32,473 nt of DNA from Polyangia bacterium (GTDB lineage Bacteria; Myxococcota_A; Polyangia; JAAYKL01): assembly GCA_050287845.1 (NCBI GenBank), contig JBNKCR010000060.1:1-32473 (forward strand). Direction: 5' to 3'. Of this stretch, positions 21,128 through 29,746 are shown piece by piece; the stretch's first letter is position 1, and each line of letters begins with the position of its first letter. Below the pieces are notes generated by a model. That model searched no databases and was not told the origin of the DNA. It saw nothing but the letters and a program-made list of their open reading frames with translations. A program made the translations under genes and the position numbers.

Positions 21128-24100
21128 CTACCGGGCCGCAGGGACTACCGCAACCGCATCAACCACCAGTCGTCCGCCATTCACTTTAAACTGCACCGTG
21201 TGGTCGCCATCATCAAGGCCCCGAAGCGTATAGGTCTGACCGAATTCTCCAGATGCCATAGTTCCGGCAGAACCGTCAACCACCTCTCCGTCAACGGTTA
21301 CTTCCAATTGCGCGGAGCCGTCATTGGGTCCCAGAATGTCCACGCCGGTGCCACTGAAAGCATACGACAATGTCGATCCAGTTCCTGAGCTGGTAGAAAG
21401 CGATCGCTGCACATTGTACATGCTCTTGCCGTTTTCATGGGCCCATCCCCCGCCATATATCAGTTTCGCCACAGGTGGATCGCTCAAGTCGTGCATCTCC
21501 AAATTATCCAGAAATTCCGAATAATACGGCGGATAACCGTCAATCGCTTCCACTTTCAGGTTATCAAACAGTGTGGGATAATATCCACTGGCCAGGTCGA
21601 TGCGTCCGGACAACCGGGGTCTGGAATCGGAAAAGCTATGGACCTCCACATCGTCAACGTAAGCGGTCACCTGGTTCTCCACCACTTCCAGGGCAATATT
21701 GTGCCATGCGTTGTAAGCGGTATCAAACCCACTGATTGTCCCATCGGTCACATTCCCTGATGCCACAGTCTCCCCGTCCATCCACATGGACCAGCCGCCG
21801 TCAAACCAGAATCGGAACGCATACGGCGTACCACTGAGGGTATGAGAATTGCCACCGCCCTGCTGTCTGGCGCCCACTGCCGCATAGTTATCTCCCCCCT
21901 CCACACTGTCGTGTTCAAAAGATACATCCACGCTGACCCGGTAGTTCATCCAACGACTGTCGCCGATTCCGGTCAGCGGGTCACCATTGTTCCAGGTTGC
22001 CCCGAGTCCCATGGTGGACTCATCCACCTGTTGACGCATGACCCAGTTGTCTCCTCCGACCTGCACCACTTCAAAGGCGCCATTGCGATCACTGGTGTAT
22101 CGCGGTATCAACCCTCCTGCGCCACCACGGGAGTCGATAAAGCTTTCTTCGCCGGTTATCTCTCCCCCCGCCCCAAAGGTGGGTACGGTCATATCAGAGT
22201 AATCAAAATCATCTGCATACAGAATATTGTCTGATGTATCCTGTTCAACACCGGATTCGTTGGTATCCAATACGGTTCGCGTGCCTTCAACAGGAAGTGG
22301 CGTATGGTGCGAAACGCTGTCCCAATTGGTCAGTGTCGATGCCGTGACCACCGAATACGGTTTTACCCTGATGGTATATGCGCCACTGCCATCCGCCGCG
22401 AGGCTGCACAGATATTTCATGTAGTTGCTGTTAAACGCTTTCCCGTCATCGGCGGCACGGGTTTCCCACAATTCCAGCGGCGGATTGTCGGAGTAAGCCA
22501 TGTTGGTCGCTTCAATCCGGTATATGCGTTCGTACTCGCTGTCGTTCATGAGTACCGTTGAAAAATTCTCCCTATCCGGAGAGGCGAGGGTGAGGTAGTT
22601 GGGAATGCCATTTCGCCCACTCACTGGATTGGTCCCTGTCGCACCGCTCGCGCTTGCCTGGGGGACCACTCTCCAGATACCTCTGCCATTGCTGTCGTCT
22701 TCCCAACCCGTCTTCGCGAACCAGCTGAAATGCCTGAGCACCTGAATACCGACATCGTAATGAATCCACCCGGACCAGGGATCCCGCGCGCTGAGCAGTT
22801 CTTTATAGGAATACTGACCACCTTCATAGAATGAGCCAATGGCGGGCTGGTAAATAAAATGCGTTCTCCTGGATTTAACAAACCCCTTGATGATGGTGTT
22901 GCCCATTTCGAGGGGGCCGTTGGTGCCACCAATGCCAGTACCGGGTACGGACGGATCTCTCATATTATTGTTGGGGCGAAATGCGCTGTTGCTGAATGTG
23001 GCCTGTGCCTCGCTGTTCCATACTTCCTCGTCAAACTCTTCAGCGAGCCGTTTGAAATTGCCGCCGCCATCGTCGTCAGTGAAGTAATGGTAGGCAGATA
23101 CTGTCACCGCATCTCTAAGGGATGCATCGGAAACCATGTCATCCCCAAAGGAAGGGGCGTGGGATTCATCCGAAATAATCAACTGAATGGAATTATACAG
23201 CGCCTGTTCTTCGCTGCTGTCGAATCCCGTGCTGTCGGTTCTCACCCTGGATGCGTAGTCTTTTGTCCAATTAAAATTGGGACCACGTTCGTTTTCACCG
23301 GGATTCACATAATCCGTCATGTACCCATATGTCCGATAGGCAGCCAATATGGTATTCTTGAACCATGTATATATATCGTCGTCACTTTTGACCCATCCGG
23401 GCGCATGCCAGCGCAGAATGCTGACTTTCACATCCGGATTCACCGCTTTGGCATCGGCCGCCAGCTGGAAACCGGGATGTCGCGCCACATTCGCAGCCTC
23501 ATTCGACATCCGCATCGTAGCGGGATCCGGCCCCGTGGAATTGTTCCGGTCATTTCCCATTTCAATCTTCACATGGGTCATGACCGGGTTGTCCCCGCCA
23601 AACAGAATCTGAAGAAGTTCCTGATACGCCTCTGGATGCGCAGCCTTATAATCCATCAGCAGTGCACTGGTGCCATTGGCGCTGAGCACACCAAACCCTT
23701 TAAATGTCAGCCCATTCACATTGTCGCTCTGAATATCATTGCCATTCAACCGAATCTCCGCATTCACATCTCCACCGTCACCCCCTTCGCAGGCAATGGG
23801 TTCAGTGGGAACGATGACCTCCGGATCACTGCCCGTATCTGTATCGGTATCGGTATCGGTATCCGTATCCGCATCCGTGTCCGTATCGGTATCCGCATCC
23901 GTATCGGTGTCCGTATCTGTGTCCGAATCTGCGTCCGTATCTGCGTCCGTATCGGTGTCCGTATCACTGTCCGAATCTGCGTCTGTATCTGTGTCCGTAT
24001 CACTGTCCGAATCTGCGTCCGTATCGCTGTCCGTATCCGCATCCGTGTCGCTGTCCGTATCCGTATCGCTATCAGCGTCATTGGAAGCATTGCCACCATT

Positions 24101-24181
24101 GCCGTCGTCCGAACACCCGATCACCATTGGAAGAACCAGTAAAATAAAGCACCTCATCATCGTCAATTCAAAAAGTTTCAT
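21128..24181 (-). CDS. GH59-like (galactocerebrosidase/beta-galactosidase family) multidomain lipoprotein with D-S/T/A stalk
   Basis: TFKGFGVLSANGTSALLMDY, ILFG...HVKIEMGND.N.STG.DP, VNPGENE, VWNSEAQ, followed by beta-sandwich/lectin-like domains; lipobox VIGC; GGAGG RBS. Confidence 0.8.
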   Translation of the reverse strand: MKLFELTMMRCFILLVLPMVIGCSDDGNGGNASNDADSDTDTDSDTDADTDSDTDADSDSDTDTDTDADSDSDTDTDTDADTDADSDTDTDTDTDADTDTDTDADTDTDTDTDTDTGSDPEVIVPTEPIACEGGDGGDVNAEIRLNGNDIQSDNVNGLTFKGFGVLSANGTSALLMDYKAAHPEAYQELLQILFGGDNPVMTHVKIEMGNDRNNSTGPDPATMRMSNEAANVARHPGFQLAADAKAVNPDVKVSILRWHAPGWVKSDDDIYTWFKNTILAAYRTYGYMTDYVNPGENERGPNFNWTKDYASRVRTDSTGFDSSEEQALYNSIQLIISDESHAPSFGDDMVSDASLRDAVTVSAYHYFTDDDGGGNFKRLAEEFDEEVWNSEAQATFSNSAFRPNNNMRDPSVPGTGIGGTNGPLEMGNTIIKGFVKSRRTHFIYQPAIGSFYEGGQYSYKELLSARDPWSGWIHYDVGIQVLRHFSWFAKTGWEDDSNGRGIWRVVPQASASGATGTNPVSGRNGIPNYLTLASPDRENFSTVLMNDSEYERIYRIEATNMAYSDNPPLELWETRAADDGKAFNSNYMKYLCSLAADGSGAYTIRVKPYSVVTASTLTNWDSVSHHTPLPVEGTRTVLDTNESGVEQDTSDNILYADDFDYSDMTVPTFGAGGEITGEESFIDSRGGAGGLIPRYTSDRNGAFEVVQVGGDNWVMRQQVDESTMGLGATWNNGDPLTGIGDSRWMNYRVSVDVSFEHDSVEGGDNYAAVGARQQGGGNSHTLSGTPYAFRFWFDGGWSMWMDGETVASGNVTDGTISGFDTAYNAWHNIALEVVENQVTAYVDDVEVHSFSDSRPRLSGRIDLASGYYPTLFDNLKVEAIDGYPPYYSEFLDNLEMHDLSDPPVAKLIYGGGWAHENGKSMYNVQRSLSTSSGTGSTLSYAFSGTGVDILGPNDGSAQLEVTVDGEVVDGSAGTMASGEFGQTYTLRGLDDGDHTVQFKVNGGRLVVDAVAVVPAAR

Positions 24182-24358
24182 CCATACCTCCGGTATTATA
24201 AAAGCGTCATTTTTTTCTGAGTTGCATCAGTAACACAATACCGGGCGGAATACACCTGATGATTCTGCAGTGAATCAGCAGTACATGGTTTTGATTGTAT
24301 TGTGCAACACCGGCGTCGAGGGACGGGATTCAGCAAGAATCAGTAATTCAGGCTATCA

Positions 24359-25012
24359 TGGTATCTGATATACCAGCATCAGGAACCGGTATATTCGGTC
24401 AGTTCAGACCCGACCGATATCTCCATGTGGACGGCGCCCGTTGCTTTTATGCCTGTTCCGCCGTTACTCACAAACAACGGAGATACGGGTTACGATTATT
24501 GGATTATCTGCGATGACAGCGACTGTTACCTGTTTTTCACCGGGCTCAACGGCATTCTGTATCGCGCAAGGACAGCCAAAATCGATTTTCCGAATGGATT
24601 CGAGGGAAGTACTCAAATCGTAATACAGGACAACGATAACCGGTTCGTGCTGTATGACGCCTGCAACGTGTACAGAATGGACGGCACCGACAAATATCTG
24701 CTGCTGGTATCAGCGATTGGCCCGAATCAGGACGACTGGCGATATTACCGTGCGTGGTCGTCAGACCGGCTGGATGGTTCCTGGAGCCCACTGGCCGACA
24801 CGATTGACAATTCTTTCGCAACCAAATACAATTCCACCAATTCTGACTGGTCCACATTTGGCATCGTCCATGGCGAAATGCTTCGCTGGAACCCGGATGA
24901 AACGATGACTACTGATATATCCAGCGCGCAATTCCTGTATAGCGGACTGGTCAGGGATTCGAACACCGACAATGAATTTTATCATCTGGGGCTGCTCAGC
25001 AACGCCCGCTGA
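24359..25012 (+). pseudogene. 5'-truncated GH62-like gene, paralogue of 11128..12333
   Basis: Homology extends in frame upstream of ATG 24425 to 24359 (WYLIYQHQEPVYSVSSDPTDISMWTAP vs WYLVFQAQDQLPTYATAVDPGDVNNWSAP), preceded by an in-frame TAA at 24344. No signal peptide, stalk or KDP motif found upstream. Confidence 0.8.
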
Positions 25013-25137
25013 CCCGTTTCCCGGAATATTTTTCAACAGGAGGAATTTTTTATTAATATAATAAAATTCCGCCCGCTATTTCTAAATGGCCTCCTCATAA
25101 ATTTGAGAAGACTTGGTTTTTCGGATATTAAAAATTT

Positions 25138-25734
25138 ATGGTTGAAGAAAATACATCGACTTTGTTTTTGAATGATATTCATCTTGCGCGGACTGCTCTG
25201 AAAGACCCGGGGGCAGAAGAAGAGCTGTTGCGGAGGTTGTATCCGAAAATCATTCAAACGGCACTCACAATTGTGGGAGACAGAAGTATGGCTGATGATG
25301 TGGCCCAAATCGCTGCGTTGCAGATACTAAAGAGTCTGGATAAGTTTCGTGGCGAAGGAAGCCTCGATGCCTGGGCCGGGCGCATTACGTGTCGCGCCGC
25401 CATCAGATTGGCGAAACGGGAACAGCGCCTGATTACAAGATTTGTTCCGATGTCGGACACAAAATCACCACTGGATGACCGTATGGAAAACGAACTGTCC
25501 CGTCGGTCAATGTTTGAAAAGTTGATAGCACATTTACAAAAAATGCCATGGAAACGACGAGTTGCGTTATTGCTTCACCTTGCTCACGGATATACAGTTC
25601 ACGAAGTGGCGGAGCTCACTGAAGTATCCCCGAACACGGTGAAAGACCGGCTCAGAACGGCCTACAAGGAACTTAGGTCGATACTGGATAAGAATCCGAG
25701 TCTTCGGACAGAGATATTGGAGGAAATCTCATGA
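25138..25734 (+). CDS. ECF RNA polymerase sigma-70 factor (cassette 3), paralogue of 12431..13027
   Basis: ADDVAQ...FRGEGSLDAWAGRI; HGYTVHEVAELTEVSPNTVKDRLRTAYKE; ATGA overlap with the anti-sigma gene. Confidence 0.93.
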   Translation: MVEENTSTLFLNDIHLARTALKDPGAEEELLRRLYPKIIQTALTIVGDRSMADDVAQIAALQILKSLDKFRGEGSLDAWAGRITCRAAIRLAKREQRLITRFVPMSDTKSPLDDRMENELSRRSMFEKLIAHLQKMPWKRRVALLLHLAHGYTVHEVAELTEVSPNTVKDRLRTAYKELRSILDKNPSLRTEILEEIS

Positions 25735-27137
25735 CCGAATTACACAACCACCCCATCAACAGGATATCATGTGATCATGTCATGACAATCTGGGATAAGG
25801 AAGTTTCTGGTTCACTTCCGAAATTTATGGAACAGGCCCTGACGGGGCATCTGTCCCAGTGCCCCGAGTGTTCGGACTTTGTAAACCTGGCATCCAATCT
25901 CTTCCGATTACCAGTAACGCTGTCGGAAGACGAACTTAACGCCGCAGTTCAAAGTGTGACCCGCAAAGCGAGGGAGGAGCGGTCGGCCCGTATCGCCGGG
26001 ATTCCCAGGAGGTGGGCCATTACGGCCGCGGCAATTGCCGCCCTGGCGATCATCAGCGTGGTTGGAGTCTATGTACTCTCGCCAGATACGATGTATGAGG
26101 GACCAGAGGCGCTTCAATGTTCGCCGTCGACCCCTACCGCTCTGGTGCCCGGTGTGCTGATGTCCCTTTGCGACGGGACTTCCCCTCCGGTCAACATGGC
26201 AAATCGGGAGGAACCCGCTGATGCAGGCAACCGAGATGTTCGAATTTCGTTACAGGCAGGAACAGTCGGGTTACTGGTCGACCCCCATCGCCCCAACAAA
26301 CGGCGGGTGACAGTGTCGACCCCCCTGGGGGATGTGCGGGTAAAGGGCACCTTATTTACGGTTCATGTGGATGATGACAATGCCTGGGTCGAAGTGTTCC
26401 GAGGCATAGTGGAAGTTACGCCATCCGCCGGCGATGCAGACCCATACGAGGTACCGTCAGGGTATGGTGCAGAGTTGGTATCCGGACGTGTCTATAGTCT
26501 GTCCATTTCAGCTGCGCATGCCGATACATTGCGTCAGATTCTTTTGAAATCAAAATCTGACAACAGTGACAGAGGGGATATATCGGGAGAAACGGAACCG
26601 GCTGCGTCAATGGCTGACACTGCTACAGATGTGGATATATCGGACAGCGACAATGCGGCTGAATCCGCAGACGCCGCCAGCGCACAAGCCAGGACTTTGA
26701 GAACCCATAAAAAAAATGACGACCGCCTGCACGTTATCCTCCAGTCTGCCCAATCGTGTCTCATCGATCAGGACTGGGAGTGTGCCCGGACGAACTACCG
26801 ACAGATACTGTCGCATCACTCAAATAAACCGGAGTCGCTGCCGGTTCTCATCAGTCTGGCCAAGATTGAACTTCGCCATCTGGGAGCACCCAATGATGCA
26901 CTGACCCACTACAGCAGCTATCAGCGGCGAGCCCCCAATGGCCCATTGGCGGAGGAAGCGCTCCTGGGTATCGCGGAGTCTCATCGACGTCTCGGCAATG
27001 CTGACCGGGAAACCGAAAGTTTACGCAAATTCATTCTACAATACCCCGGCAGTGCGCATATAAAGAAGGTCCGTGGTCGACTCAAACAGCTGGAACAGCG
27101 CCAGCTCCGTGACGCAAGATCGGCTACATCCGGATAA
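25731..27137 (+). CDS. Anti-sigma factor: zinc-binding N-domain, TM, FecR-like domain, TPR; paralogue of 13024..14340
   Basis: HLSQCPEC, TM AITAAAIAALAIISVVGVYVL, VRVKGTLFTV...VEVFRGIVEV, AQSCLIDQDWECA, PNGPLAEEA. Confidence 0.85.
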   Translation: MTELHNHPINRISCDHVMTIWDKEVSGSLPKFMEQALTGHLSQCPECSDFVNLASNLFRLPVTLSEDELNAAVQSVTRKAREERSARIAGIPRRWAITAAAIAALAIISVVGVYVLSPDTMYEGPEALQCSPSTPTALVPGVLMSLCDGTSPPVNMANREEPADAGNRDVRISLQAGTVGLLVDPHRPNKRRVTVSTPLGDVRVKGTLFTVHVDDDNAWVEVFRGIVEVTPSAGDADPYEVPSGYGAELVSGRVYSLSISAAHADTLRQILLKSKSDNSDRGDISGETEPAASMADTATDVDISDSDNAAESADAASAQARTLRTHKKNDDRLHVILQSAQSCLIDQDWECARTNYRQILSHHSNKPESLPVLISLAKIELRHLGAPNDALTHYSSYQRRAPNGPLAEEALLGIAESHRRLGNADRETESLRKFILQYPGSAHIKKVRGRLKQLEQRQLRDARSATSG

Positions 27138-28254
27138 TCAACCCCAGTAAATAGGTCAGTCGGACATGATGTGGTGACAATTCACCGGAATCGCCATCGC
27201 TCCTCTGGATTTTGTATACAGTATCATTCACAGCGAATCCCGCACCTATCCGCCCCACCACACTGACGAAGCGATTCAGATTCCACACTGCCGCAATAAA
27301 AGGCATACCGGTGCTGACCGCCCGGAAATCATCCGGCGCTGCGAAAAAATCCATCGCTCGGGACTTCACTGAAACGGAACGCAAATCAAGCTGCCAGGCG
27401 GCACCCATTCGGAACTCCAGGGGGGCAAGGTCCCACCGCGCAGCAACAGATACATCGATTGTCCGCGACTGAATTGTCAATTCAAACTCGTCGGTTCGTA
27501 CGGAGGTCGGAACGTACCAGATAAGTGCGGCTGAAAAGATCACATGCTCGGTAACAAACCCGCCCAGACCGGCAGAAACGCCATGCCGGAACTGTTCGCT
27601 GGCAAAGAGGTCTCCCGCATATCCCGCGGAGAATTCAAACCGATTCGTCTTTTCTCTGGGTTCTTCCACCTGAACGACCGACCTGTCCGAAGCAGGAACT
27701 GGCATTTTTTCTTCAACGGGCCTGATGCGATGCCTCACAAGCAGCCCGTCCACCATGCTGGCCGCTGCGATTGCAATAATTTGTGTACGACTCCAGGAGG
27801 TATTCCGGGAAAGATTGAGCCGACGACTGTTTATTTTCCCGCCTTTGGCATCGGGAATGTAAAAATGCAGCCGACAAATTACGGCGTCGTCAATCCAGAA
27901 TACCATTCCGGCATGGTATTGGGTGGCCAGCCTGGCCGCGTGCCCGATGGGATCTGCGTTAAAATTTACTTCCCCGGAGACTTCAGTCCGGTCAATGGTC
28001 ACTGGTGAAGCAGAAAGTTGAGCGAGCAATGCGTCATACAGGCTGGCATCGGGCTTCGCAGCTCCCGCAATTTCCAGCATCAGTATTTTCGGATATTCGC
28101 TTCGATCCCCAGCGTCGGATACAAAATCTTCTTCGGCATAGCAAGCCATCGCAAAGGCATGTACCAGAATGAAGACTGCAACCGCGCATCCGGCAAGAAT
28201 GCCGTTACATTCCCGGAAACCACATCGTTGGTGATCATGGCTGGTTGGTTTCAT
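27124..28254 (-). CDS. Hypothetical exported protein with beta-strand-rich C-domain (possible small outer-membrane barrel), convergent with cassette 3
   Basis: 376 aa; signal-like AVAVFILVHAFAMACYA; MVFWID matches AAIWIT in 4311..5450; amphipathic strands in the C-half; 14-bp 3' overlap with the anti-sigma gene. Confidence 0.7.
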   Translation of the reverse strand: MKPTSHDHQRCGFRECNGILAGCAVAVFILVHAFAMACYAEEDFVSDAGDRSEYPKILMLEIAGAAKPDASLYDALLAQLSASPVTIDRTEVSGEVNFNADPIGHAARLATQYHAGMVFWIDDAVICRLHFYIPDAKGGKINSRRLNLSRNTSWSRTQIIAIAAASMVDGLLVRHRIRPVEEKMPVPASDRSVVQVEEPREKTNRFEFSAGYAGDLFASEQFRHGVSAGLGGFVTEHVIFSAALIWYVPTSVRTDEFELTIQSRTIDVSVAARWDLAPLEFRMGAAWQLDLRSVSVKSRAMDFFAAPDDFRAVSTGMPFIAAVWNLNRFVSVVGRIGAGFAVNDTVYKIQRSDGDSGELSPHHVRLTYLLGLIIRM

Positions 28255-28547
28255 GCTCAGTATTGAAATTATTTCACCTGATCAGCGGTCGGCATATGGA
28301 TGTCCCACTGCAAAACACCTAACTATTCGAAATATAATATCAATTTAATTTTCTTCATTTAAGGATAAACAATGTAACGGAGATTGTCGAGCCCAAAATG
28401 ATACCCCGGATGTTCGGGTTCACCAACTGCAGCGCCGGTGAGATCCCTTCATTCGACAGGACAATGGGTGCTGCGTTGATCAACTGAAACTTGTATCGCT
28501 CATTCGAAATCGGTCACACGAAAGACAGACTTTACGCTGGCGCCGTT

Positions 28548-28991
28548 ACGCGCATTGTACAAATCAAATGTATCCACATGAAATATCTCACCCTACGACA
28601 CCAGCACATTCACACGAAGCACATCAAACGACATGTTCCGCTCAATCCCGCAGATGCGCCAGCTGCGATCACCGAAGGTGATGCGGTATTCGCCTTTGAT
28701 TTGAGGGGGTTCCTTCCCGACGAAATCCCCCACCGCATCCCGAAACGCAAGCCCCCTCGCCCGCATCACCCAGTCAATAACACTCCCCCCCGCCTGACAC
28801 GCACCCAGACAATGCCACAGATTCTTCGACGGATTAATCACCAGCGACGGACTCTTATCATCATGAAACGGACACAGCCCCAAAAGCTCCTCACCATGCT
28901 GCTTCAGCACCACACCCGCCTCACGAGCCAGCCGCGCCACCGGTATTTCCCTCTTTAGCCGCTCTATCTCCACATCAGGAATCCGCCCCAT
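28548..28991 (-). pseudogene. Disrupted CHC2 zinc-finger DNA primase of an Rhs-associated mobile element
   Basis: CPFHDD..PSL...WHCLGAC zinc finger joined directly to GDRSWRICGIERNMSFDVLRVNVLVS with no Toprim domain. After the TAG at 28593-28595 the frame continues GEIFHVDTFDLYNAR, a motif I recall from full-length members. Confidence 0.8.
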
Positions 28992-28992
28992 C

Positions 28993-29241
28993 TCAAACCT
29001 TCCCCATCTTCAGCTGCTCCAGAAACAACGCCGGACACGGCACCTTCGGAAACTCATACACCACCTCGTCCCCCATCCTTAGCTGCAGACACAGCGCATA
29101 CCGATCCTTCAAAAACTCCCGAGACATCATGTCCAGCAGCGCCTCGTAATCCGGCCATTTGTCGTATTCATCGCTGCCGCTGTCGCGCACCCCGCAAAAC
29201 TCTTTTGGAAACACTATATTGTCGTATGAAACCATGCTCAT
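28993..29241 (-). CDS. Small hypothetical protein directly upstream of the primase relic
   Basis: ORF ends 1 nt before the primase ATG; strong GGAGGAG RBS before ATG 29241. Confidence 0.6.
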   Translation of the reverse strand: MSMVSYDNIVFPKEFCGVRDSGSDEYDKWPDYEALLDMMSREFLKDRYALCLQLRMGDEVVYEFPKVPCPALFLEQLKMGKV

Positions 29242-29371
29242 CGCGCTCCTCCCTGCAGAATCAGTGTCAAGAAAAAATGTTACTATTTGACATGCCACCC
29301 ACTTTAACGTATCACGTATATGTATGCGAGTACTTTCCTATAATCCGAAAAACCCGGTGTATACTCGGGAT

Positions 29372-29734
29372 ATGACTATGGGCAGACCTACAAAAAGAAA
29401 ACGAACGGCGTTTGGGGAACGCCTTGTGGAAGCCAGAGAGGCGGCTGGATTAAACCAGCGCGATCTGGCTGAAAAGCTGGGAATTTCCCAGAGAGCGTTA
29501 AGCTGGTGGGAAAGAGAACCGGTGGCTCTGAAACCAGAGCAGCTCACTGCACTGGCTGAAGCGCTCGGTGTTTCCATCGACCACCTGCTGGGACTGGAAA
29601 AAAGCCCGCAAAGAGGTGCAGGCCCCACGGGAAAGGCTAAAAAGGTATTTGAAGCTGTTTCAAAACTGCCAAGGCACCAGCAGAAAAAAATCATTGATGT
29701 AGTCGAGTCATTTGTGGCTCAGCATCAGGGATAA
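29372..29734 (+). CDS. XRE-family helix-turn-helix transcriptional regulator
   Basis: FGERLVEAREAAGLNQRDLAEKLGISQRALSWWE...LAEALGVSIDHLLG. Start could be 29324, 29372 or 29378. Confidence 0.9.
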   Translation: MTMGRPTKRKRTAFGERLVEAREAAGLNQRDLAEKLGISQRALSWWEREPVALKPEQLTALAEALGVSIDHLLGLEKSPQRGAGPTGKAKKVFEAVSKLPRHQQKKIIDVVESFVAQHQG

Positions 29735-29746
29735 GGAGTTAATTAC

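Noticed and set aside
22859..24142. 427-aa plus-strand ORF
   Set aside because: Lies entirely antisense to the GH59-like gene and has no recognisable motifs.
1293..24233. Long Ser/Val-, Ile/Arg- or Tyr/Pro/Arg-rich ORFs overlapping the stalks (e.g. 1293..1808, 10555..10965, 20389..21018, 20393..21103)
   Set aside because: They are antisense or shifted readings of stop-poor hexamer repeats that encode D-S/T tracts inside clear genes.
24295..24516. 73-aa ORF as the frameshifted N-terminus of the second GH62-like gene
   Set aside because: No signal peptide, stalk or GH62 motifs; the GH62 similarity lies in the other frame from 24359.
28255..28547. Possible gene fragment, tRNA or att site at the island boundary
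   Set aside because: No tRNA-like structure, recognisable peptide or matching direct repeat could be found by eye.
28593..28595. TAG in the primase as programmed readthrough or recoding
   Set aside because: The gene is also internally deleted and truncated, and TAG serves as a normal stop elsewhere (e.g. 12331-12333), so decay is the simpler explanation.
28491..28958. 155-aa plus-strand ORF
   Set aside because: Antisense shadow of the primase relic.
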